The notes below the pieces were generated by a model. It saw only the letters and a list, made by a program, of their open reading frames with translations. It did no database searches and was not told the origin of the DNA. Positions 8,782-17,749 of a stretch of DNA of 39,118 nt are shown here, piece by piece. Numbering within the stretch: the stretch's first letter is position 1; the number at the start of each line of letters is the position of its first letter. The translations under genes and the position numbers were made by a program. This DNA is from Actinomycetota bacterium (GTDB lineage Bacteria > Actinomycetota > Acidimicrobiia > Acidimicrobiales > VFJN01), in NCBI GenBank assembly GCA_046734695.1, contig JBKPRS010000012.1, positions 1-39,118 of the forward strand, written 5' to 3'.

Positions 8782-9966
8782 ATGCCGGTGCCTGAGGCAG
8801 TCGTCGTGTCCACGGCGCGCACTGCGATCGGCACGGCGTTCCGGGGCACCCTCGTGGACGTCGATGCCCTCGAGCTGGGCACCCGCGCCGTCGCCGAGGC
8901 CGTGGCCCGCTCCGGGATCGATCCCGCCCTCGTCGACGACATCGTGCTGGCCGAGGCGCTCTACGGCGGCGGCGACATCGCCCGCTACGCCGCCATCGAG
9001 GCGGGCCTCGAGCACGTGGCCGGCCTGGCCCACAACCGGCACTGCGCCGGCGGGCTGGCGGCGCTGACCACCGCGGCCGCCACCGTGCGCGCCGGCATGG
9101 ACCGGGTCGTGGTGGCCGGCGGCACGCAGTCGTCCTCCACCTCGCCGCGCTCGACCCGCCGGGTCCCCGGGACCGACGACTGGGAGGACTGGTGGCCGCC
9201 GACCCACGCCGACCGTCCCTCGGCCCCCAACATGGACATGTCCATCACCGTGGGCTGGAACGCGGCGGTCGAGGCCGGCATCACCCGGCAGGAGATGGAC
9301 GCCTGGGCGCTGCGCTCGCACCAGCGGGCGGTCGCCGGCATCGACGACGGCAGCTTCGTCGAGGAGATCTTCCCGTTGGACGTGAAGCGGCGCGACGGGT
9401 CCACCACCACCTTCGCGGTCGACGAGCACCCGCGGCGTGACACATCCCTGGAGAAGCTGGCCTCGCTCAAGCCGCTCCACCCCGAGATCGAGGGGTTCAG
9501 CATCACCGCCGGCAACGCGTGCGGGGCCAACGACGGCGCCGCTGCCCTGGTGATCGCCGACCGGGAGCTGGCCGAGGCGAACGGCATCGAGCCGCTGGCC
9601 TCCGTGCGGGCATGGGCGTCAGTGGGCGTCCCGCCCGAGCGCACCGGCCTGGCCCCGACCATCGCCATCCCCAAGGCGCTCGACCGGGCCGGCCTGGGGA
9701 TCGCCGACGTCGACCTGTGGGAGATCAACGAGGCGTTCGCCGCGATGTGCGTCGCCACCACCCGCGTCCTCGGCATCGACGAGGAGATCGTCAACGTCCT
9801 CGGAAGCGGCTGCAGCCTGGGGCACCCGATCGCCATGACCGGGGCCCGCATGGCCGTGACCCTCATCCACGAGCTGCGCCGCCGCGGTGGCGGCACCGGC
9901 GTGGCCGCCATGTGCGCGGGCGGCGGGATGTCGTCCGCCGTCGTGCTCGACGTGCCCGCGCCGTGA
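8782..9966 (+). CDS. Acetyl-CoA C-acyltransferase (classical thiolase)
   Basis: NRHCAGG nucleophile Cys, EINEAF, GHPIAMTG and MCAGGG catalytic motifs all intact. Confidence 0.93.
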   Translation: MPVPEAVVVSTARTAIGTAFRGTLVDVDALELGTRAVAEAVARSGIDPALVDDIVLAEALYGGGDIARYAAIEAGLEHVAGLAHNRHCAGGLAALTTAAATVRAGMDRVVVAGGTQSSSTSPRSTRRVPGTDDWEDWWPPTHADRPSAPNMDMSITVGWNAAVEAGITRQEMDAWALRSHQRAVAGIDDGSFVEEIFPLDVKRRDGSTTTFAVDEHPRRDTSLEKLASLKPLHPEIEGFSITAGNACGANDGAAALVIADRELAEANGIEPLASVRAWASVGVPPERTGLAPTIAIPKALDRAGLGIADVDLWEINEAFAAMCVATTRVLGIDEEIVNVLGSGCSLGHPIAMTGARMAVTLIHELRRRGGGTGVAAMCAGGGMSSAVVLDVPAP

Positions 9967-10011
9967 CCGCAAGTCCAACGACCCATCGTCAACAACCCTG
10001 AGGGGGCGTCA

Positions 10012-11310
10012 ATGGAGAGCCAGGAACAAGCATCAGGGCGCCGCGGGAGGCGGTACCGGCGGGGCCTGGCCCTGTCCGCCCTGTGCGTGCTGGTTTTGGC
10101 GGCCGTCGCCTGTGGTGGCGATGACGACGACGACTCGAGCGCGTCCGACGACACCACGGGCGCGAGCACGGACCTGCTCGGGCCGGAGAACGTCGCCTCC
10201 GGCGACCCGATCAAGCTGGGCATGGTGTCGGACGGCTCGACGCAGGCGTTCGACAACACCGACGAGCTCCGCGCCGCCGAAGCCACGGCCGAGTACTGGA
10301 ACAACCACAAGGGCGGCCTCGGCGGCCGGCCCATCGAGGTCGTGACCTGCGAGACGGGCGCGGACCCGGCGGGCGCCACCGACTGCGCCAACCAGCTGGT
10401 CGAGGCGGACGTCGTCGCCGTGGCGCTCAGCCAGTCGGCGGTGGCGGGCGACGTGTGGACGCCGCTGCACGACGCCGGCATCCCGACGCTGTGGTTCCAG
10501 ACCAACGGCGAGGACCAGCTCGCCGACACGGAGAACAGCTTCGTCATGGTCAACCCGCTGGCGACCCTGTTCGGGACCCCGATCGCCGCGGCCGAGGCCG
10601 AGAACGCCGACAAGATCGCGTTCGTGACCATCGACGTCCCCGTGGCGCTCACCGCGTTCGATTCGGGCCAGGCCGACGAGATCCTGGGCAACGCCGGGCT
10701 CGACTACGACCTCGTCAAGATCCCGATCGGCACCGCCGACCTGACCACCCAGATGCAGGAGGTCGTCAACAGCGGCGCCGGCGTCGTGAACGTCATCGGC
10801 AACGACGCGCTCTGCATCGCCGCCTTCCAGGGCCTGAGGGCCGTCGGCTACGACGGCGTGATCACCTCGATCTCGCAGTGCATCACCGATGCCACGCGTG
10901 AGGCGATGGGCGGCGATCTCGAGGGCATCTCGATCACCTCGACCATGGCCCTCGGCGACGCCGACGACCCGGCGTTCCAGCTCTACGAGGCCGTCATGGA
11001 GAAGTACGGCGACGACGTCAGCGACGTCAACAACGCCACCGCCATGGGCGGCTACACCGTGATGGCGTCGCTCGCCTCCGCCCTGCAGGGCATCGAAGGC
11101 GACGTCACGGCCGAGACGGCCGCGGCGACGATCAAGGCGATGTCCTCGGCCGACTACCCCGGGGCCGACGGCCTGACGTTCCAGTGCGGCGGATCGGCGT
11201 ACGCGCCGCAGCCGGCCGTGTGCTCGAATGGGTCGTTGCGGGCGACCCTCGATGCCGACGGGAACCCGTCGAGCTACGAGGCGGTCGATCCGACCGACAT
11301 CCTGAACTGA
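10012..11310 (+). CDS. ABC transporter substrate-binding lipoprotein (LivJ-like, type I PBP)
   Basis: Arg-rich N-terminus, hydrophobic stretch, lipobox AVAC, Asp/Ser linker, GGLGGRPIEVVTC motif; immediately upstream of Liv-type permease and ATPases. Confidence 0.9.
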   Translation: MESQEQASGRRGRRYRRGLALSALCVLVLAAVACGGDDDDDSSASDDTTGASTDLLGPENVASGDPIKLGMVSDGSTQAFDNTDELRAAEATAEYWNNHKGGLGGRPIEVVTCETGADPAGATDCANQLVEADVVAVALSQSAVAGDVWTPLHDAGIPTLWFQTNGEDQLADTENSFVMVNPLATLFGTPIAAAEAENADKIAFVTIDVPVALTAFDSGQADEILGNAGLDYDLVKIPIGTADLTTQMQEVVNSGAGVVNVIGNDALCIAAFQGLRAVGYDGVITSISQCITDATREAMGGDLEGISITSTMALGDADDPAFQLYEAVMEKYGDDVSDVNNATAMGGYTVMASLASALQGIEGDVTAETAAATIKAMSSADYPGADGLTFQCGGSAYAPQPAVCSNGSLRATLDADGNPSSYEAVDPTDILN

Positions 11311-11318
11311 CCCCGCGT

Positions 11319-11358
11319 TGATCGCGGGCCGGTCCGGGGAGCGGCCGGCCCGCGATCA
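11319..11358 (+). terminator. GC-rich stem-loop after the SBP gene (partial terminator or mRNA stabiliser)
   Basis: Perfect 14-bp inverted repeat TGATCGCGGGCCGG (11319-11332) / CCGGCCCGCGATCA (11345-11358); no U-tract. Confidence 0.65.
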
Positions 11359-11395
11359 CGCGCATCCCACGAGCCACTAGCCGGAGGCCCACGCC

Positions 11396-14137
11396 GTGGA
11401 CCACATCGCATCACTCCTCCTGGGCCTGGGGGCCGGTGGGGTGTACGCCGCGCTCGCGCTGGCGCTGGTCATCACCTACCGCGCCTCGGGGGTCCTGAAC
11501 TTCGCGACCGGCGCGATGGCGCTGTACGTGGCCTACACGTACGCCGGCCTGCGCAAAGGTGAGCTGCTGGTCCCCATCCCGGGACTGCCCAAGACCGTCG
11601 ACCTCGGCCAGGAGCTCGGGTTCTGGCCCGCCGTGCTCATCGCGATGGTCGTCGCTGCGCTGCTCGGCGCGCTGCTCTACGGGCTGGTGTTCCGCCCGCT
11701 GCGGAACGCGCCGCCGCTGGCCAAGGCGGTCGCGTCGCTGGGCGTCCTCGTGGTCATCCAGGGAACGCTCGCCATCCGCCAGGGCACCCAGGCCGTGAGC
11801 GTGGCCCCGATCTTCCCGCAGAAGCGCTGGGAGTGGGGCTCGATCATCGTGCTGTCCGACCGGTTCTACCTGGCGCTCACCGTCGTGCTCCTGGCGGTCG
11901 TGCTGACGGCCGGGTACCGGTTCACCCGCTTCGGACTGCTGACCCGCGCCACGGCGGAGTCGCAGGTGGGGGCGTTCGTCTCCCACGTCTCGCCCGACCG
12001 CATCGCGCTGCTCAACTGGATGATCGGCGCCATGGTGGCGGGGATCGCCGGCATTCTCATCGCCCCGGTCAGCCCGCTCACACCGGTGACCTACACGCTG
12101 TTCGTCGTCCCCGCGCTGGCCGCCGCGGTGGTCGGTCGGTTCCAGTACCTCCTGCCCATCGTGGCCGCCGGCATCGCCATCGGCATGCTGCAGTCCGAGG
12201 CGCTCTCGCTCGCCGGCCAGCACTCGTGGTTGCCCCAGACCGGCATGGCCGAACTCGTCCCCTTGATCGTCATCCTCGTGGCGCTGCTCGTGGTCGGAGC
12301 CGGCATGCCCGTGCGCGGCGGCCTGACCCGCCAGCGCCTGGGCCGCGCGCCCCGGCCGCGCTCGCTGATCGGGCCCACAGTGGTCGGATCGCTCGCCGGC
12401 ATCGCCGGCCTCGTGCTGACCCAGGGGACGTGGCGCAGCGCCGTCATCGGCACCTTCATCGCCGCGGTCATCGGGCTCTCGCTCGTGGTGGTGACCGGCT
12501 ACGCGGGCCAGGTGTCGCTGGCCCAGCTCGCGCTGGCCGGGACGGCGGCCTACACGCTCAGCTACCTCACGCAGAGCTGGGACGTGCCGTTCCCCATCGC
12601 CCCGGTGCTCGCCGCGCTGGTGGCCACCGCCATCGGGGTGGTGGTCGGCCTACCCGCGCTGCGCCTGAGCGGCCTCACCTTGGGCGTCGTGACCCTGGCG
12701 CTCGCCTACGCCATCGAGGCTGTCTGGTTCCGCAACGCCGACATCGTGCCCAGCTCCGGGGCCCACATCGACCCGCCGTCGCTGTTCGGCATCGACCTGG
12801 GCATCGGGTCCGGCAAGGAGTTCCCGAGGATCGAGTTCGGCCTCGTGTGCCTGGTCACGCTGGTCCTGGTGGCCGTGGGCGTCGCCATGCTGCGGCGCAG
12901 CACGCTCGGATCCGCCATGCTCGCCGTGCGCGCCAACGAGCGCTCGGCCGCGGCGGCGGGCGTCAACGTCGTGCGGGTGAAGGTCCTCAGCTTCGCCCTG
13001 GCCTCGTTCATCGCCGGCCTGGGCGGCAGCCTGCTGGCCTACCGCCGCGGCGTCGTCACGTTCGACTCCTTCACCGCCATCGGCGGCCTGGCGCTGCTGT
13101 CCACCGCCTACCTCGCCGGCATCACCTCGGTGTGGGGCGGTGTCATGGCCGGCATCCTCGCCGCCTCGGGCATCACGTTCATCGCCCTGGACCGCTGGGT
13201 GAACCTGGGCGAGTGGTTCCAGGTCATCAGCGGCGTGCTGCTCATCGTGACCCTGATCACCAACCCCGAGGGCATCGCCGCCGCGGGCCACGAGATCGCG
13301 GATCGCTGGGCCCGCTGGAAGGCGGGCCGGCGAGTGGGCGGGGCCGGCGCGGATCGCCCCTCGGTCGCGCCGGCCCCAGCCCCTGCTCTGACGTCTGTCG
13401 ACGGCGCCGGCGACACGCTCCGGGTCGACCACCTCGTGGTGCGCTACGGCGGCGTCGTGGCCGTCAGCGACGTCTCGCTGCAGGTCGAGCCGGGCCGGAT
13501 CGTCGGCCTCATCGGGCCCAACGGGGCTGGTAAGACCAGCGTCATCGACGCCGTCACCGGCTTCGCCGCGGCCGAGGGCACGGTCGAGCTGGGCGGGCGC
13601 AGCCTGCACGCACTCGCGCCGCACTCCCGCGTGCGGGCCGGCCTGGCCCGCACGTTCCAGTCGCTCGAGCTCTACGACGACCTGTCGGTCGAGGAGAACG
13701 TCAGCGTGGCCGCCACCGGCGGCCGCCAGGCCCAGCGCCGGGGCAAGGTGGCCCGGGCGCTCGCCGGCGTGGGCATCGCCGGGCTGGCCGACCGCCCGGC
13801 GGGTGAGCTGAGCCAGGGGGAGCGCCAGCTCGTGTCGATCGCACGGGCCTGTGTCGGCGAGCCCGCGGTGCTGCTGCTAGACGAGCCGGCCGCCGGGCTC
13901 GACAGCGACGAGAGCACCTGGCTCGGGGACCGGATCCGCTCCATCGCCACCGCGGGCACGGGCCTGCTGCTCGTGGACCACGACGTGAACCTCGTCCTCG
14001 GCATCTGCGACCACGTCTACGTGCTCGACTTCGGGGTGGTGATCGCCGAGGGCCCGCCGGATGCGATCCGGGCCGACCGGGCGGTCGCCGCCGCCTACCT
14101 CGGCACCATGCACGACACCGAGGCGGTGACGGCATGA
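11396..14137 (+). CDS. Fused branched-chain-amino-acid-type ABC permease/permease/ATPase (LivH-LivM-LivG-like)
   Basis: Two BPD_transp_2-like hydrophobic domains (GVLNFA; GYAGQVSLAQ) followed by an ATPase with GPNGAGKT, LSQGE and LLLDEP. Confidence 0.9.
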   Translation: MDHIASLLLGLGAGGVYAALALALVITYRASGVLNFATGAMALYVAYTYAGLRKGELLVPIPGLPKTVDLGQELGFWPAVLIAMVVAALLGALLYGLVFRPLRNAPPLAKAVASLGVLVVIQGTLAIRQGTQAVSVAPIFPQKRWEWGSIIVLSDRFYLALTVVLLAVVLTAGYRFTRFGLLTRATAESQVGAFVSHVSPDRIALLNWMIGAMVAGIAGILIAPVSPLTPVTYTLFVVPALAAAVVGRFQYLLPIVAAGIAIGMLQSEALSLAGQHSWLPQTGMAELVPLIVILVALLVVGAGMPVRGGLTRQRLGRAPRPRSLIGPTVVGSLAGIAGLVLTQGTWRSAVIGTFIAAVIGLSLVVVTGYAGQVSLAQLALAGTAAYTLSYLTQSWDVPFPIAPVLAALVATAIGVVVGLPALRLSGLTLGVVTLALAYAIEAVWFRNADIVPSSGAHIDPPSLFGIDLGIGSGKEFPRIEFGLVCLVTLVLVAVGVAMLRRSTLGSAMLAVRANERSAAAAGVNVVRVKVLSFALASFIAGLGGSLLAYRRGVVTFDSFTAIGGLALLSTAYLAGITSVWGGVMAGILAASGITFIALDRWVNLGEWFQVISGVLLIVTLITNPEGIAAAGHEIADRWARWKAGRRVGGAGADRPSVAPAPAPALTSVDGAGDTLRVDHLVVRYGGVVAVSDVSLQVEPGRIVGLIGPNGAGKTSVIDAVTGFAAAEGTVELGGRSLHALAPHSRVRAGLARTFQSLELYDDLSVEENVSVAATGGRQAQRRGKVARALAGVGIAGLADRPAGELSQGERQLVSIARACVGEPAVLLLDEPAAGLDSDESTWLGDRIRSIATAGTGLLLVDHDVNLVLGICDHVYVLDFGVVIAEGPPDAIRADRAVAAAYLGTMHDTEAVTA

Positions 14138-14913
14138 GCGTCTCCGACACCCACACCCCCCAGGACGCCGTCACCGACGCCGGTGCCGGTTCCCGGTTCG
14201 CCTGCCGGGACCTGACAGGCGGCCGCGGCGACACCGTCGTGTTCCGCGACCTCGGCCTCGACGTGCGGGCCGGCGCCGTGCTGGCGCTGCTCGGGCCCAA
14301 CGGCGCCGGCAAGTCGACGCTGCTGCTGACCCTGGCCGGGCTGCTCCCGGCCCGCGGCGGTCAGGTCCTCGTGGACGGGGTCGCGCTGCGCAACGGCAAC
14401 GCGGTCGCGGCCAGCCGCGCCGGGGTGGTCCTCGTCCCCGACAACCGGTCGCTGTTCACCTCGCTGAGCGTCGAGGAGAACCTCGAGGTCGCCCGGCGCC
14501 GGGGCGGGCCCTCACCCGAGGATCTGGTTGAGACCTTCCCGGCGCTGGAGAAGCGCTGGCGCCTCGCCGCCGGCGCGCTCTCCGGCGGGGAGCAGCAGAT
14601 GCTGGCCATGGCCCGCGCCCTCATCCAGCAGCCCAAGGTCCTGCTCGTCGACGAGATGAGCATGGGGCTGGCACCGCTGGTCGTGGAGGCCCTCTTCGAC
14701 ACCGTGCGCCGCATCGCCAGCGACCACGGCGCGGCGATCGTCCTGGTCGAACAGCACGTCAAGCTGGCGCTCGAGGTGGCCGACGAGGCCGCGGTGCTCA
14801 ACCGTGGCGACATCGTGCTGCGGGGGCCGGCCCAGGAGCTGGCCAACGATCCCAAGACGCTCGAACGTGCCTACCTCGGCGAGCTGGAGGTCGCGGGCGG
14901 GTCCGCTCCGTGA
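14134..14913 (+). CDS. ABC transporter ATP-binding protein (LivF-like)
   Basis: GPNGAGKS, LSGGEQQM, LLVDEMSMGLAP, LVEQH; ATGA overlap with the upstream gene. Confidence 0.92.
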   Translation: MSVSDTHTPQDAVTDAGAGSRFACRDLTGGRGDTVVFRDLGLDVRAGAVLALLGPNGAGKSTLLLTLAGLLPARGGQVLVDGVALRNGNAVAASRAGVVLVPDNRSLFTSLSVEENLEVARRRGGPSPEDLVETFPALEKRWRLAAGALSGGEQQMLAMARALIQQPKVLLVDEMSMGLAPLVVEALFDTVRRIASDHGAAIVLVEQHVKLALEVADEAAVLNRGDIVLRGPAQELANDPKTLERAYLGELEVAGGSAP

Positions 14914-15731
14914 CCACGGTCGGCATCGTGACCGGAGCGGGCCGGGGGATGGGCCTCGCCTGCGCCCGGCGCGTGGTGGACCAGGTCGATGCCCTCCTGC
15001 TGGTCGACCGCGACGAAGCGGCGGTAGGCCAGGCCGCCGTTGTCATGACGGACCTCCCGGGCCGGGCGAAGGTGGTGGAGCCGTTCGTGGCCGACGTGAC
15101 CGACGCCGCGGCCCTGGGGCGCCTGGCCGAGCGCAGCGCCGAGCTGGGCACGCTGCGGGCGGTGGCCCACGCCGCGGGTGTGTCGCCCACCATGGCCGAC
15201 TGGCGGGCCATGTTCGCCGTCGACCTCGTGGGCACGGCCCTCCTGGCCGAGGCGCTGCGCCCGCTGGCCACGGCCGGGACCGCGCTCGTGTGCTTCGCCT
15301 CCATGGCCCCGGTGCTCGCCTTCCGGGAGCCGCAGCCCGAAGCCGACGCCGTGCTGGACGACCCGCTGGACGAGCGCCTCCTCGACCGCATCCACGACGT
15401 GCTCGGCGCCGCGGTCGAGGACCCGGGCATGGCCTACGCCTGGGCCAAGCGGGGCGTCCAGCGCTTCGTGCAGGCCGAGGCCGTCCGCCTCGGCCCGGTC
15501 GGCGCCCGGGCCTGCTCGGTCTCGCCCGGCGTCATCGACACCGAGATGGGCCGCCAGGAGCGGGCCGAGCACTCGTACATGGACATCCTGGTCGAGCGGA
15601 CCCCGCTGGGCCGCACGGGCCGCCCCGAGGAGGTGGCCGCCGTGGTCGCGTTCCTCCTTTCGGACGAGGCGAGCTTCCTCAACGGCACCGACGTCCTGGT
15701 GGACGGCGGCGTCTGCGGCGCCTTGCGCTGA
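14910..15731 (+). CDS. SDR family oxidoreductase
   Basis: TGAGRGMG, HAAGVS, YAWAK, SPGVIDT, DVLVDGG; GTGA overlap with the ATPase gene. Confidence 0.9.
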   Translation: MTTVGIVTGAGRGMGLACARRVVDQVDALLLVDRDEAAVGQAAVVMTDLPGRAKVVEPFVADVTDAAALGRLAERSAELGTLRAVAHAAGVSPTMADWRAMFAVDLVGTALLAEALRPLATAGTALVCFASMAPVLAFREPQPEADAVLDDPLDERLLDRIHDVLGAAVEDPGMAYAWAKRGVQRFVQAEAVRLGPVGARACSVSPGVIDTEMGRQERAEHSYMDILVERTPLGRTGRPEEVAAVVAFLLSDEASFLNGTDVLVDGGVCGALR

Positions 15732-15741
15732 TCCTCAGCGC

Positions 15742-16950
15742 TCAGCGCACCGCCTGCACGGGGACGTTCTTGTAGCCGGCCACGTTGGACATGTGGACGC
15801 GCCGCAAGCCGGACTCGTCCACGTCCAGGCGCTGCCAGCGGCGGGCGATCTCCTCGAGGGCGATGCGGCTCTCCATGCGGGCCAGGGCCGCGCCCAGGCA
15901 GCTGTGCACGCCGTGGCCCAGGCCGATGGCGACGTTGGGCGGGCGCTCGACGTCGAAGTCGTCGGGCCGGTCGAAGGCGCGGGGGTCACGGGTGGCGGCC
16001 CCGGTGAGGAGCAGCACCGGGTGGCCGGCGGGGATGGTGCCGCCGTCGAACGTGCGGTCCTCGACCGAGAACCGCCCCTGGTACTGCGACGGCGGCAGGT
16101 AGCGCAGGATCTCCTCGACCGCCCCGGGGATCGTGCCCGGGTCGTCCTTCACCTTCTGCCACTGCTCGGGATGGCGCGAGAACAGCACCGCCGCGTTGCC
16201 GACCAGCTTGGTGACGGTCTCGGCGCCGGCCCCGCCCAGCAGGCCGGCGAACCCGGCGATCTCGCCGTCGTCGAGGCCGGTCTCCACACCGTCGCCCCGG
16301 TCCACGGTGACCTGGGTCAGCCGGGAGAGCATGTCGTCGGCCGGGTTGGCCCGCTTCTCGATGGCCAGCTCGTAGAAGTACATGCCCGACGCCATGGACG
16401 CGTCCCGGGCCTCGGGGCCCGGCTCCATCTGGCCCTTCTCCCGCTGCAGGCTGATGTCGATCCACTCCCGCACCTGCTGGCTCATGTCCTCCGGCACGCC
16501 CAGCATGCGGGCGATGATCTCCACCGGGAACGGCGCCGAGAAGTCCTGCACCACGTCGAAGCTGTCCCGGCCGTCGAGCCGGTCGAGGTGGGTGACGATG
16601 ACCTCGCGGACCATCGGCTCCAGCGCCGTGACCGCCCGCGGGGTGAACACCCGGCTGACCAGCCTGCGGAACCGGTCGTGCTCGGGCGGGTCCATCATGA
16701 TGATCATCCGGAAGCTGCGGATGAGCTCGGGGTCCTGCGACAGCGTGGACAGATCCACGCCGTGGGCGCTGGAGAAGCCCTGCCAGTCCCGATGGGCCAG
16801 AACCACGTCGTCGAAGCGGGACAGCGCGTAGAAGCCGTAGCGCTCGCTGTGGTACACGGGCGCCTCGTCGCGCAGGCGCCGGTAGACCTCGGTGGGGTCG
16901 TTGAAGTAGTCGTCGGAGAACGGGTCGAACTCGACCGCCAAGTCGCTCAC
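15742..16950 (-). CDS. Cytochrome P450
   Basis: MDPPEH, I-helix AGAETV, EEILR (ExxR), heme motif GLGHGVHSCLG. Start set at GTG 16950, which overlaps the upstream SDR stop (GTGA), not at 17547. Confidence 0.95.
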   Translation of the reverse strand: MSDLAVEFDPFSDDYFNDPTEVYRRLRDEAPVYHSERYGFYALSRFDDVVLAHRDWQGFSSAHGVDLSTLSQDPELIRSFRMIIMMDPPEHDRFRRLVSRVFTPRAVTALEPMVREVIVTHLDRLDGRDSFDVVQDFSAPFPVEIIARMLGVPEDMSQQVREWIDISLQREKGQMEPGPEARDASMASGMYFYELAIEKRANPADDMLSRLTQVTVDRGDGVETGLDDGEIAGFAGLLGGAGAETVTKLVGNAAVLFSRHPEQWQKVKDDPGTIPGAVEEILRYLPPSQYQGRFSVEDRTFDGGTIPAGHPVLLLTGAATRDPRAFDRPDDFDVERPPNVAIGLGHGVHSCLGAALARMESRIALEEIARRWQRLDVDESGLRRVHMSNVAGYKNVPVQAVR

Positions 16951-17702
16951 GGCGCCCCCAGGACGTGGCGGGGTGCGACGGTCACCGACGGGATCGACAC
17001 GGTGGCGCCTTCGCTCAGCACCGCGTGGACCATGGCCACCAGCCGCTCGACGTCCATGATCGTGCCGCTCAGGTAGTGGCGGGCCGCCCAGATGGGATAC
17101 ACCTCGGCCATGACGTCGGGGTCCCAGCCGTTGGCGAAGCCGGTCATGGCGTCGCCCTCGCCGCCGGCGCAGTCGCCCACCACCAGCCGGGTGAAGCCGA
17201 TGCCGGGATGCTCGGCCCGCCAGGCGTCCACGAGCTTCTCCAGGGCCGCCTTGCTGACCGCATAGGCGCCGAGCCCCGGCCACGGCGGCGTGTTCGAGGC
17301 GCTGACCGAGGACAGGTAGATGGCGGCGCCGGCCGACTCGGTGAGGTGGGGGACCGCGGCCGCGGTGATCAGCGCGGCGCCGGTGACGTTGGTGTCGAAC
17401 ACTTCCCGCCAGGTGGCGGCGTCGGTGTCGACCAGCTTCTTCAGCGGACCGATGCCGGGGGAGTAGACGAGGGCGTCGATGCCGCCGAGCCCGGTGGCCG
17501 CCTCCGCGATGGCGCTGCGGCACGACTCCTCGTCGGTGACGTCGCACTCGATCACGAGCGTGCCCGGTCCCGCCTCCTCCGCCGCGTCGTCGAGCCGGGC
17601 CTTGCGTCGGGCCATCAGGGCCACCTGGCTGCCGCGCCGGGCCAGGCCGATCCCGATGCAGCGCCCCAGCCCACTCGAAGCACCCACCACCACGGTTCGC
17701 AC
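16947..17702 (-). CDS. SDR family oxidoreductase (probably NADP-dependent)
   Basis: GTG at 17702 with GGGGAGG RBS; GASSGLG, basic residues after beta2 (ARRK), YAVSK. Confidence 0.9.
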   Translation of the reverse strand: MRTVVVGASSGLGRCIGIGLARRGSQVALMARRKARLDDAAEEAGPGTLVIECDVTDEESCRSAIAEAATGLGGIDALVYSPGIGPLKKLVDTDAATWREVFDTNVTGAALITAAAVPHLTESAGAAIYLSSVSASNTPPWPGLGAYAVSKAALEKLVDAWRAEHPGIGFTRLVVGDCAGGEGDAMTGFANGWDPDVMAEVYPIWAARHYLSGTIMDVERLVAMVHAVLSEGATVSIPSVTVAPRHVLGAP

Positions 17703-17726
17703 GTCCCGGCCTCCCCTCGCGGATTG

Positions 17727-17741
17727 TGACCGAAATGTTAG
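17727..17741. promoter_or_regulatory. Operator-like motif A, copy 3 (TGACCGAAATGTTAG)
   Basis: In the 47-bp gap upstream of the SDR-P450 pair. Confidence 0.7.
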
Positions 17742-17749
17742 ACCAGGCG

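Noticed and set aside
10120-10135. GAC trinucleotide run, and a GGC/GGT run near 2716-2731
   Set aside because: These encode the poly-Asp lipoprotein linker and a poly-Gly loop; ordinary low-complexity coding sequence.
15742-17547. 601-aa P450 with a long N-terminal extension
   Set aside because: The extension is an alternate frame of the upstream SDR. GTG 16950 gives a normal 402-aa P450.
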